A DNA stretch of 48,896 nucleotides from an uncultured Alphaproteobacteria bacterium (GTDB lineage: Bacteria; Pseudomonadota; Alphaproteobacteria; SHNJ01), in assembly GCA_964427785.1 (NCBI GenBank), contig CAYRVJ010000001.1, positions 1-48,896 on the forward strand, written 5' to 3'. Position numbers and translations under genes: made by a program. A model generated the notes under the pieces. The model was not told the DNA's origin and did no database searches. It worked only from the letters and a program-made list of their open reading frames with translations. Below are positions 1 to 7,951 of this stretch, in pieces. Position 1 is the stretch's first letter. Each line of letters starts with the position of its first letter.

Positions 1-335
1 GCGTCGATGGATCGCGCGTTATATTCCATGATTTTATGAAAGTAAAAAAATTCGTATGCGGAAATTGTTCTATTTCACATGATTGTCCGACGCATCAGGC
101 TGTTGGAAATAAGGTTAAGAACAAAAAATCGGCTTAATTGAAAGCACTTCACGCAAGCTTAGCTGTGGCGATGCGCACGGATAGGCAAAGTTTACTTCCG
201 GTCTTGGAATTTTACGGCTTTCTTATAGCAACAAGCACAAACCAGCATCGTTTATTAAGCTTATAAGCGGTATTCCATAATCGTGCATCTTTGCAGAGGC
301 ATAAATTCCGATTTTCTCACTCAAAGGAGAGTTTT

Positions 336-455
336 ATGAACAAAGAACAATTCAAAGGAACTGTCGATCAGGTAAAAGGCAAGATCAAGGAAACTTGGGG
401 ACGCCTTTCAGCAATAGCTACGCCGCCTTTAAAGCCAATGGCCATCATCAAATAA
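336..455 (+). pseudogene. Truncated CsbD-family stress protein fragment (39 codons)
   Basis: AAGGAGA RBS at 324-330 and ATG at 336. The N-terminus MNKEQFKGTVDQVKGKIKETWGRL matches the CsbD-family signature, but the conserved C-terminal half is replaced by unrelated residues. The 3' end overlaps the convergent AT-rich ORF 448-999 by 8 nt. Confidence 0.5.
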
Positions 456-999
456 AGTGAAAGATACCGTAAACTACCTTTATAAGTCTGTCATGTATCT
501 CAATGATGTATCCTAAAGATAAGGCCACTTCCTGCTTAATATCGAAGAGATTGTGAGCTATAACACGATCTCTATATTTTTTTAATTCGATCTTGGCTGG
601 GCTGCTATCATTATTTAATTGTATACCAGCCTGGAGATTTTCTATTGCAAGCTTCTCATTGTAAGCTGCTAATCCTAATTCAGGTGGATTCCAATTTCGG
701 GCATTTTGAATGATTAGTGATTTTAGTTCTGTGTCATTTTCAACTTCTTGGATTAATGTAGCAATAGATGCCCTATTGTTTCCGTAACCATCAAGCATTT
801 TATTAAGTAATAGTATCCATTCTTGTAGTAAACATCTATGGATTATGTTGAGTCCCCATACTTCCGGACTTTGATCGAATTTAGTTTTGAGTTTCTCGCT
901 GTCATTTTGCCTAGAAAACATGCATTCTACTGTTATGGCAGTTCGTGCATCTTGAAAAATCTCTTCTATTATTTGAGTGATTCTCTCAATTTTATTCAT
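448..999 (-). CDS. Hypothetical protein, possible HEPN/AbiU2-like (abortive-infection type) protein
   Basis: 183-aa ORF in a visibly AT-rich patch. The composition looks all-helical. The C-terminal third carries YRDRVIAHN, which fits the HEPN Rx4-6H motif (R[ND]xxxxAH-like as in Abi-type HEPN proteins). There is no partner gene. Confidence 0.4.
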   Translation of the reverse strand: MNKIERITQIIEEIFQDARTAITVECMFSRQNDSEKLKTKFDQSPEVWGLNIIHRCLLQEWILLLNKMLDGYGNNRASIATLIQEVENDTELKSLIIQNARNWNPPELGLAAYNEKLAIENLQAGIQLNNDSSPAKIELKKYRDRVIAHNLFDIKQEVALSLGYIIEIHDRLIKVVYGIFHFI

Positions 1000-1025
1000 A
1001 AGCTTCTCATTTTTGTTAGCACTGG

Positions 1026-1466
1026 GTCCCTCACCAACACCACTTCGCCTTTCGGCATTTTTCTCCGGCTATGATAGCAAAAGGCGAACTGCGGGGAAAT
1101 GGCCGGAGAAAACGGGCTATAGTTTTATAAAATTCTCTGAGAATGCGCGGCTGTGTAGGCAGCAGAGAAGGGAATAGCGCCACAAGCATTTGAAATATCG
1201 GATCAATTCCAGCGAATACGCGAACCCGCCAACTTGTACCGGACTCAATGGCGGTGGTGGGAGTCTAGCACGATGAATTCTCTCGTTCTATAGGTGGAAT
1301 TCCCTGCTAACAGGGAAAATAACAGAGAATTTGGGCGGTTTCAATACGCCAAAGGCGAAGGGTGGAGAAAAAAGCGCGTTATTATGGCGGGCTAGGGGCA
1401 ATTGCAGAGCGAATTCCCTAGAGAGAAAACAGGGAATTTTTAAAATATTGCTGGGAATTTATAAAT
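1026..1466 (+). repeat. Copy A (full length) of a ~430-bp hairpin-rich repeat family
   Basis: Aligns by eye over its whole length with 35875-36300. A 98-nt core (1244-1341) is identical to 36093-36190. It contains nested hairpins: GAATTCTCTCGTT...AACAGAGAATT enclosing TTCCCTG-CTAA-CAGGGAA at 1300-1317. A terminal hairpin AATTCCCT-N11-AGGGAATT (1412-1438) is followed by TTTT. Ends are approximate. Confidence 0.85.
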
Positions 1467-1483
1467 AGAAGCAGGCTATCTTA

Positions 1484-2350
1484 TCACTTTAATTGCATCA
1501 GCGTGGATTCAAGTAATGAAGTCTGCCAATGCAATACTAGAAGTGAAAGCCCGCCTGTTAAGATAAAAATAACAGTAGGGACAACGAACGGGATAAACGC
1601 CAGACGGGATTCCGATTGCTTCAATATCCAATTTTCCAATGAGCTTTTTGAATTAGAAAGCCAAGTTTTTAATAATAAGACAAAGCTTATAAACGCCACT
1701 ACCGTTACAATGCATATCACGGTATCAACGGCAAGGATTGCGGATTCGGCCAGCCTATGGAAATTTTGTAACTGTTCTGGCGGTGCGTCATAGCCTGAAT
1801 TTCCATTTAACCACATTATATAATGCCGGATGCCGATTTGCCTGCTGGCTTCCCATCCAAATGCCAGCGCCCAGACGGCTAGCAATCCACGATAATATTG
1901 CTGGGTGGGATTGCTTACGGTCACAGTCTGAGTTTTGGTTATGCGTTCATGCCAAGTGCGGGATGTTTTAGATGCTTTAATGCAATCGAAAAAATAGATG
2001 ATGGAAGAAAGAAAAATAAGAAGATTGCGTCCTAAGGCTGTTCCAAAAGAAATCCGGCCGCCTTGTTCGTTTGCAACTCTAATGCCAAAACAAATGTGCC
2101 CAAAACTGGCCTGCCAACGCGAACATTCCATGGCCGCGCGACATAATAAAAAAGCGACTATAGGCAGCAATGCCCATAAATTAACAGGCCAAGATGCCGC
2201 AAAATTTATAGTGGTGGCAAGATTCGGAATCGGCATGTGCCGATCCCACGGCGATATTGCATAAGGAATTACCACCCAAACTATGCTGAAGAAAATTAGG
2301 ACATCCAATTGCCATGCCAAAAGTCTTTTCCATATATGCGCAGTTGCCAT
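1484..2350 (-). CDS. RDD-family integral membrane protein (paralog 1)
   Basis: 288 aa. The N-terminus WKRLLAWQLDVLIF...ASFGHICFGIRV...GRNLL...TWHERITKT fits the RDD-domain pattern, and extra TM helices follow. Colinear with the divergent ORF at 2502-3380. Confidence 0.7.
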   Translation of the reverse strand: MATAHIWKRLLAWQLDVLIFFSIVWVVIPYAISPWDRHMPIPNLATTINFAASWPVNLWALLPIVAFLLCRAAMECSRWQASFGHICFGIRVANEQGGRISFGTALGRNLLIFLSSIIYFFDCIKASKTSRTWHERITKTQTVTVSNPTQQYYRGLLAVWALAFGWEASRQIGIRHYIMWLNGNSGYDAPPEQLQNFHRLAESAILAVDTVICIVTVVAFISFVLLLKTWLSNSKSSLENWILKQSESRLAFIPFVVPTVIFILTGGLSLLVLHWQTSLLESTLMQLK

Positions 2351-2432
2351 ACCGGTCTCCCCAAATTGCTGCCTTTATATGTAACGGTTGAGGATATATT
2401 AGTCAATCTTAGGTTGTATCCGGTATGGCTAG

Positions 2433-2470
2433 AATTTCCTGGAAAAATAATAGGAAATTTTTATAATAGG
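2433..2470 (+). repeat. Isolated copy of the repeat-family terminal hairpin module
   Basis: AATTTCCT-N11-AGGAAATT followed by TTTATAATAGG. This is nearly the same as the 3' end of copy B (AATTCCCT-N11-AAGGAATT-TTTATAATAG). It lies in the divergent promoter region between the two RDD genes. Confidence 0.6.
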
Positions 2471-2501
2471 ACAGAATTCATTTTTGGAGAGGAGATTATA
2501 T

Positions 2502-3380
2502 ATGTCCACGATTCATTGGAGAAGATCGCTGGCTTGGCAATTGGATTGGATGTTATGTATTATAATTATTCAGGCGATTGCGTATCTTTTTTCTATTAAG
2601 TCATTTCAATCGGCAATCATTCCAAATATTGGTCTCCATGCAAATTTTATTTTGGGGTTTGCCATAACCACTCATATTTTGTCTCTAAGCATGCCATCAA
2701 TTGATATGGTTATACCTATAGTCTTTTTCTTGCTGTACCGTTCTATTATGGAATCTTCAAAGCAGCAGGCAAGTGTGGGGCATATGTTTTTCGGGTTGAG
2801 GGTTGTAGATAGCTTTAATAATAAAGTATCTTTCCTTACGTCTATGTTGAGAAATTTTTTAATTTTTATTTCTTCTTTGATTTTGTTTCTTGATTGCTGG
2901 AAATCGCTTCGATCTTCCTCGACATGGCATGATCGCGCCACTAATACCACAACGGAGATTGTGTCATCAGTGGATTCACGAGATCGCGGTTTGGCAATTT
3001 TGTATCTGTGTGCGTTTGGCTATGTTGCATGGATTTCAACAAGAACAAATAGATACGTAGATTGGCTGAGTCAATATACGGATTCTATGAACTCAGAACA
3101 AATTCAACAACAAAAAAATATGGTGCAACTGGCGCATGCGGTAATACAGAGCACAATATATAGTAGCTTAACCATCGTCATTATAGGGTTATTATTTTTA
3201 TGTAAAAGCTTCTTGTTCAACAAAGTGAATGTTCGCAAGAATTGGATTCTACGACGCGAAGCCTACCTGGCTATCGGCGCCTTCCTGATGCCTGCTCTAT
3301 TAATTATGTTAACGGTAGGCTTTTCTCTTTATATTTTGTATGAGCAAAATCAGGCTTTAATAAATTCAATACCTAGATAG
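2502..3380 (+). CDS. RDD-family integral membrane protein (paralog 2)
   Basis: GGAGAGGAG RBS ahead of ATG 2502 (the ORF track starts at TTG 2484). WRRSLAWQLDWML...ASVGHMFFGLRV...LRNFL...TWHDRATNT is colinear with paralog 1. Very AT-rich. Confidence 0.7.
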   Translation: MSTIHWRRSLAWQLDWMLCIIIIQAIAYLFSIKSFQSAIIPNIGLHANFILGFAITTHILSLSMPSIDMVIPIVFFLLYRSIMESSKQQASVGHMFFGLRVVDSFNNKVSFLTSMLRNFLIFISSLILFLDCWKSLRSSSTWHDRATNTTTEIVSSVDSRDRGLAILYLCAFGYVAWISTRTNRYVDWLSQYTDSMNSEQIQQQKNMVQLAHAVIQSTIYSSLTIVIIGLLFLCKSFLFNKVNVRKNWILRREAYLAIGAFLMPALLIMLTVGFSLYILYEQNQALINSIPR

Positions 3381-3402
3381 TTTTGAATAACTACTTATCT
3401 TT

Positions 3403-4563
3403 TTATTTAGGAAGCCTATCTTTTTCTGGACCGTTTTTGAGTGCATTAATTAATTGGCTCCGGGTAAGTTCATTAATTCCGCGATCCCCGAATGAAATTA
3501 CACCATCGGATTTACCGCTTCCTGTTCTCATTTTCTGATCCAGTTTCTTAATATTTTCTAGGATGATTACGTCTCTGTCGTTGCCTGCATCTTTATTCAC
3601 TTTAATCATGTCGTCAATATTTTGCATGTGTTGCTGAAATTCCTTTTCGGTAATTTCATTGGCAATGGGCTTACCAATCATATCAATAGCTTTAGAGGTC
3701 AAAGACCCCCCAATAGCACCCGCAGCTTCGAGAGACCAATCCAAAGTTTTGGCTTGCGGAGTCGGAGAAATCTTACGTGGATCTAAAGGAATTTGTTGCT
3801 GAGGCGGTTTCTGACTCCCCAGATCTTTTGGCGCATCCGGACCATATTCTTCCGGTTCCGGTTCTGGCGCAGGCAGCGGCGGGCGGTTAGGATCGAACGG
3901 GGATGGCGGCATCTGATCTTTCGGCCAATCGGGATAAGGCGGCTGGCGCCGATCCAATTCCGGATCATCCGAAGCTTCAGATGAATCGGCGCGCTGCATG
4001 GCCGCAAGTAGATGGGACGGCATAGCATCGATTTGCCGTTTAATGCCATCAAAAAAATCATGATAGGATTGATCCGGCTGCGGCTGGGATATATCCAGAT
4101 CCGGGAAATTTTCCTGAATCGTGTTAAACGCATAATCCTTATGAACATCATGCCAAGTTTTGCGGATCATATCGCCGGTTTGCTTGCCAAGCGCGAAAGG
4201 ATCGTTTGGCGATGGATATTGCGGCAAATCGCCCAAATCGGATCGCTGCAATCCCCAATTGCCCATCCAGTCGCCCCAACCGGTTTTGTCTTGCGGAGGC
4301 TGCGCCACATAAGGGGGCGTGGTTGTCGGCAACCCAAAGGTAGGTTGCTGCAGGGTAAATTCCGGTGTATCGGCAGGTTTGCCAAACATATTGGCAAGTC
4401 CGGTAATCAAATCCACTATTGGAGGTTTCTTTTTCTGCCAATCCCATTCGCCGGGCAGCAGTTTCTGAGGTTGCGACGAGGATGTTAATGCATCGAAATT
4501 GTTGATTTGCTGAGAAAAGGGCAAGCCAAATAACCCGCCTCCTGGCGGTTTATTAAAGAACAT
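3403..4563 (-). CDS. Proline-rich, low-complexity hypothetical protein
   Basis: 386-aa ORF. It is rich in P/Q/D with repeated PP motifs (PPYPDWP, PPLPAPEPEPE). I see no signal peptide or TM segment. The helical C-terminal ~100 aa are more ordinary. The other-frame ORFs inside it look like shadows. Confidence 0.65.
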   Translation of the reverse strand: MFFNKPPGGGLFGLPFSQQINNFDALTSSSQPQKLLPGEWDWQKKKPPIVDLITGLANMFGKPADTPEFTLQQPTFGLPTTTPPYVAQPPQDKTGWGDWMGNWGLQRSDLGDLPQYPSPNDPFALGKQTGDMIRKTWHDVHKDYAFNTIQENFPDLDISQPQPDQSYHDFFDGIKRQIDAMPSHLLAAMQRADSSEASDDPELDRRQPPYPDWPKDQMPPSPFDPNRPPLPAPEPEPEEYGPDAPKDLGSQKPPQQQIPLDPRKISPTPQAKTLDWSLEAAGAIGGSLTSKAIDMIGKPIANEITEKEFQQHMQNIDDMIKVNKDAGNDRDVIILENIKKLDQKMRTGSGKSDGVISFGDRGINELTRSQLINALKNGPEKDRLPK

Positions 4564-4664
4564 ATGGTTTTCCTTTATAAAGGTTGATGTTTGTGCACAA
4601 AAAATCCTGCGTCGCTGAAGCTATGCAGGGCGCGGTCCGCCCCGATTTTTATCGTGCGGACATT

Positions 4665-4695
4665 AAAAAACCCGCTTCGGCAAGGCCTTAGCGGG
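4665..4695 (-). terminator. Rho-independent-terminator-like hairpin (minus strand; possibly bidirectional)
   Basis: On the minus strand it reads CCCGCT-loop-AGCGGG followed by TTTTTT (4665-4670). On the plus strand the stem is followed by GGATTTTG. It lies in the 4564-4897 intergenic region, which also contains other hairpins. Confidence 0.45.
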
Positions 4696-4897
4696 GGATT
4701 TTGCTGACCCGTCGGTCAGTAATTACACTTGTGTAAGTGTATAAAAATCATACCATAAAAATTTAAAAAATCAAGCTTTCTGGAAACTTTGCCGCGAAAA
4801 GAGCAATTCAGAATGAATATTTTTATGGAGGGTTCCGCTTTTTTAGAAATTTGCAGAGAAAATTTCGTGCACAACTCCGAGCCAGGGCGTGGAGTTT

Positions 4898-5108
4898 CGG
4901 TGGTGGGAGTCTGGCACGATGAATTCTCTCGTTCTATAGCCGGGATTCCCTGCTAACAGGGAAATTAACAGAGAATTTCCGCGGTTTTGGCTACTCTAAA
5001 GACGAACGGTAGAGAAAAATGCCCTGATTGCGGCGGGTTAGGGTGAGTATAAGATAAATTCCCTAGAAAAATTACAAGGAATTTTTATAATAGAGCAGGG
5101 ATTTTAAT
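4898..5108 (+). repeat. Copy B (3' module only) of the hairpin-rich repeat family
   Basis: Aligns with 1252-1466 and 36101-36300, including both nested hairpins and the terminal AATTCCCT-N11-AAGGAATT-TTTT hairpin (5057-5083). It lacks the 5' ~225-nt module. Confidence 0.8.
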
Positions 5109-5232
5109 ATGTTTATCAAAGAAAAAGTACTCTATCTCTAATTTGCTTGAAATAGCAAATCGGCGAAATCGCAAGGGTTGTAGCGTATGACAAATCTGCT
5201 ATGAAAAGAAACGGAAATACGGGATTTTTGTA

Positions 5233-6300
5233 ATGAATCGTTATGATCGTCAAATACGTTTGCCGGAAATTGGCCGAGAGGGGCAAGAAAAGCTCTTGAC
5301 GTCTTCGGTTTTGTGCGTAGGGGCTGGGGGACTAGGATCGCCAGCGTTGCTCTATTTGGCTGCGGCCGGAGTAGGGCGCATCGGTATTATCGATTTCGAC
5401 CGTGTGGATGAAAGCAATTTGCAACGGCAGATTTTATATTCCAATGCCGCTGTGGGCCAGTTAAAAGCAACGCAATCTGCGGACCGTTTAAGCGCTTTAA
5501 ATCCTGCGATTCAAATAGATGCCTATAACGAGGAATTGAACGCGGAAAGCGCTGCGCGATTGTTTCCTGTTTACGATATTATTCTGGACGGAACGGATAA
5601 TTTTGAGGCTAAATTTTTAATCAACGATGCTGCCGTAAAATACGGCAAGACCTGGATTTACGGCGCTATTCAGGGCTTTGATGGGCAGGCTAGCGTTTTC
5701 AATTATAAAGGCGGACCTTGTTACCGCTGCCTATACCCCGAAAAACCAAGCCAGCCTGTTATGAATTGCGCCGAAGCCGGAGTTATTGGCGCAGTAGCGG
5801 GAATTGTAGGCGTCACGCAAGCTTTGCAGGCTATTCAGATTATCGCCGGTCATCCCAGTTTTGAGATTTTAAGCGGAAGATTATGGAGGGTGGATACGCG
5901 CACGATGCACACACAGATCCTTAATATACAAAAGAATCGGGCTTGCGTCATTTGCTCGCGCGAACCGAATGCTATTGTTCCGCAATACGCTTCCCCTGTT
6001 TGCGGCGCGGTTTCTGAGATCTCGGTGCGGCGGGTAAAGAATAAAGTAAATTATGTTCTTATCGACGTGCGTGAACAAGAGGAATGGGATAAAGGGTCTA
6101 TCAAAGGCGCGATTTTATGGCCGCTTTCCAAGATTATAGCTGGGCATATGCCTGAATCATATCGCGGAGAAGAAATTATTCTTCACTGCCAAAAGGGTAA
6201 GCGCAGCATGCAAGCGGTAGATATTTTGAGAGCGCATGGATTTGCCGACGTAAAGAGTCTATCCGGCGGATATGAAGCTTGGCTTGAAGATGCTCAATAG
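5233..6300 (+). CDS. moeB: Molybdopterin-synthase adenylyltransferase/sulfurtransferase (ThiF/MoeB domain fused to rhodanese)
   Basis: YDRQIRLPEIGREGQEKL...CVGAGGLGSP...DFDRVDESNLQRQ is the ThiF/MoeB E1-like signature. CxxC pairs are present. The C-terminal rhodanese domain has the active-site loop HCQKGKRS. Confidence 0.85.
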   Translation: MNRYDRQIRLPEIGREGQEKLLTSSVLCVGAGGLGSPALLYLAAAGVGRIGIIDFDRVDESNLQRQILYSNAAVGQLKATQSADRLSALNPAIQIDAYNEELNAESAARLFPVYDIILDGTDNFEAKFLINDAAVKYGKTWIYGAIQGFDGQASVFNYKGGPCYRCLYPEKPSQPVMNCAEAGVIGAVAGIVGVTQALQAIQIIAGHPSFEILSGRLWRVDTRTMHTQILNIQKNRACVICSREPNAIVPQYASPVCGAVSEISVRRVKNKVNYVLIDVREQEEWDKGSIKGAILWPLSKIIAGHMPESYRGEEIILHCQKGKRSMQAVDILRAHGFADVKSLSGGYEAWLEDAQ

Positions 6301-7067
6301 GGCGTATTTTTAAGCATTCCCACGAATTTTATAATTAATTTTGCGGCGACATATAGGATTAAAATCGCCGTCATCTTCTTGACCATTATTGTATTAATCT
6401 TTGAAGCGCCTAGCCAGGAGCCGATCTGACCGCCTATGAAAACGGCCGGTAGTAACGCCCAGTAAGGCAAAAGCAATGAAGGTAGGGCGGAGCTTTCCGC
6501 CTTGATGGTTTGGCCAGCAATGCCGGCTACTGAATTGACAAGAATGAACAGAGCGCAGGTTCCTGCAACTTGCTTGGCATTTCCCCATCGCAGGAGATGG
6601 AGAATGGGGGCCAGAAAAATTCCGCCGCCAATCCCAGTTATCCCCGCCAAAGCGCCTAGCAATGTGCCTAAAGATGGCGCTAACCATCTATGATATGCCA
6701 TATTGGAACGTAACAAAATCTGGTTTTTTTCCGGCAATAATAGCCTTATGCCTGAAAATAGCAGGGCGAAACCTAGCAGCCCAGTAAAAAACATTTCAGG
6801 CACAGGAATTAGGCCCCCTAAGAACGAGGCTGGAATAGAGAAAACAATCCACGGAAGAACACGATGGGTCTGGAGATGTCCTTCCCTGGAGAAATGCCAC
6901 ACACCGCCAGAAACCACGATAATATTGCAAAGCAAGGATAGAAAGGGAATGGTCTTGTAATTAGTGTCGGCAAGAACCAAAAGCGCATTATAAGTTGATC
7001 CCCCACCGAAACCGACGCAAGCGTAAAGAAAAGATGTTACCAGAAAAGCTAAGGTTAAAAAAATCAT
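6294..7067 (-). CDS. TauE/SafE-family anion exporter-like membrane protein
   Basis: 257 aa, polytopic. The internally duplicated G-rich helices (VGFGGGS..., ITGIGGGIFLAPIL) are typical of the TauE/SafE (DUF81) family. It is the last gene of the minus-strand moa operon. Confidence 0.75.
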   Translation of the reverse strand: MIFLTLAFLVTSFLYACVGFGGGSTYNALLVLADTNYKTIPFLSLLCNIIVVSGGVWHFSREGHLQTHRVLPWIVFSIPASFLGGLIPVPEMFFTGLLGFALLFSGIRLLLPEKNQILLRSNMAYHRWLAPSLGTLLGALAGITGIGGGIFLAPILHLLRWGNAKQVAGTCALFILVNSVAGIAGQTIKAESSALPSLLLPYWALLPAVFIGGQIGSWLGASKINTIMVKKMTAILILYVAAKLIIKFVGMLKNTPY

Positions 7068-7070
7068 GAT

Positions 7071-7430
7071 TTATTGCTCTCGTTTGAGCAGGTCTCTGCT
7101 ATCCTTGCGGACATCGACTTGAAGCGAGATGTGAAGACCGTTTACATACGCCGACAGTCCATCTCGGCTTTTTCCCATAGCCGATAGTTTTTGCACATCT
7201 CCCATTGTCGTGCGAAGCGCCAGGTAAGATTCGGCCTCGACCCATATCAATTCTAAGGAATCTCTTTGGGAATTTTCATGGCATTCGTCAAAGCGGGGAT
7301 GTACTGCCATAGTGAACGCGCTCGAACCCATAGGAATTTTCTTTTCTAAAATATTGCCACCAAGAAGACGGTTTAATTCTTCTTCCGTTATTTTAAAGAT
7401 TACGGATTCCTCTGTGATTTTAACATTCAT
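7071..7430 (-). CDS. Hypothetical protein translationally coupled to mobA
   Basis: ATG at 7430 overlaps the mobA stop (ATGA). 119 aa, soluble, with no motif I recognise. Confidence 0.55.
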   Translation of the reverse strand: MNVKITEESVIFKITEEELNRLLGGNILEKKIPMGSSAFTMAVHPRFDECHENSQRDSLELIWVEAESYLALRTTMGDVQKLSAMGKSRDGLSAYVNGLHISLQVDVRKDSRDLLKREQ

Positions 7431-7951
7431 GATGCGTCCAGAATATCTTTCCATTCCCTGGGGGTATTGGTATTGGCCATAAATTTTTCATATTCGACCG
7501 GCAGGTTAATGGGGGAAATATTATTGGCGTTTAAAAAACCTTGTACGGAAGGTTCCTGCCCAAAAACAAAAGGGGGCGTAATAAAAGCCGGTAAAGGATG
7601 TCCCATAAAATACCCGCCTTTATTTTGCAAGATCAGTTTTTTGATGATTTCCGGACTAATCAGCGGCATATCAACCGGAATAAAAAGATATCCATAGTAT
7701 CCTGGTTTTTCTTTTAAAACATGGCGAATGGCTGCTGCTGGACCAGCATATGCTTCGTTATCCGCGAGGCATGAATAATTTTCTATTGATCCGCTTATGA
7801 ATATATCTTGTATTCCCGCGTTTCTCAGAATATCCATCATATGCTCTATAAGGGGTCTGTCTTTATAACGCAGGAGCGCCTTGTTTTGTCCCATGCGGCT
7901 TGATCTGCCGCCAGCTAGCACAATTCCTGCAATGTGCGCTAGATTAGACAT
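7427..7951 (-). CDS. mobA: Molybdenum cofactor guanylyltransferase
   Basis: The GIVLAGGRSSRMGQNKALL N-terminal nucleotide-binding motif is typical of MobA. The start at 7951 (ATGTCTAA overlap with the moaE stop, GGAAG upstream) is preferred over ATG 7963. Confidence 0.85.
   Translation of the reverse strand: MSNLAHIAGIVLAGGRSSRMGQNKALLRYKDRPLIEHMMDILRNAGIQDIFISGSIENYSCLADNEAYAGPAAAIRHVLKEKPGYYGYLFIPVDMPLISPEIIKKLILQNKGGYFMGHPLPAFITPPFVFGQEPSVQGFLNANNISPINLPVEYEKFMANTNTPREWKDILDAS

Noticed and set aside
1-31. Possible start of a minus-strand gene (ATGGAATATAAC...) leaving the left edge
   Set aside because: Only ~10 codons are visible, which is too little to support a call.
838-1177. ORFs 838-1074 and 977-1177 reaching into repeat copy A
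   Set aside because: One is antisense to the 183-aa ORF, and both run through a repeated non-coding element. The reading frames are not preserved in copies B and C.
1251-1300. Possible tRNA 3'-fragment (TGGTGGGAGTC...) inside the repeat core, as an integration-site remnant
   Set aside because: Read on the minus strand, the putative T-arm has a mismatched stem and a loop (AGAATTC) that does not fit the T-psi-C consensus. No acceptor or anticodon arms could be built.
3783-4488. Several 60-160-aa ORFs on both strands inside the proline-rich gene
   Set aside because: They are Arg/Ile-rich shadows of a CCN/GGN-biased coding region. The 386-aa frame is the only one spanning the whole region.
5141-5160. 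Palindrome ATTTGCT-TGAAAT-AGCAAAT upstream of moeB, considered as a seventh FNR site
   Set aside because: The half-sites are TTGCT/AGCAA with a 6-nt spacer, giving 16 bp overall rather than the 14-bp TTGAY-N4-RTCAA geometry of the other six. It may be another regulator's site, but it is not an FNR box.
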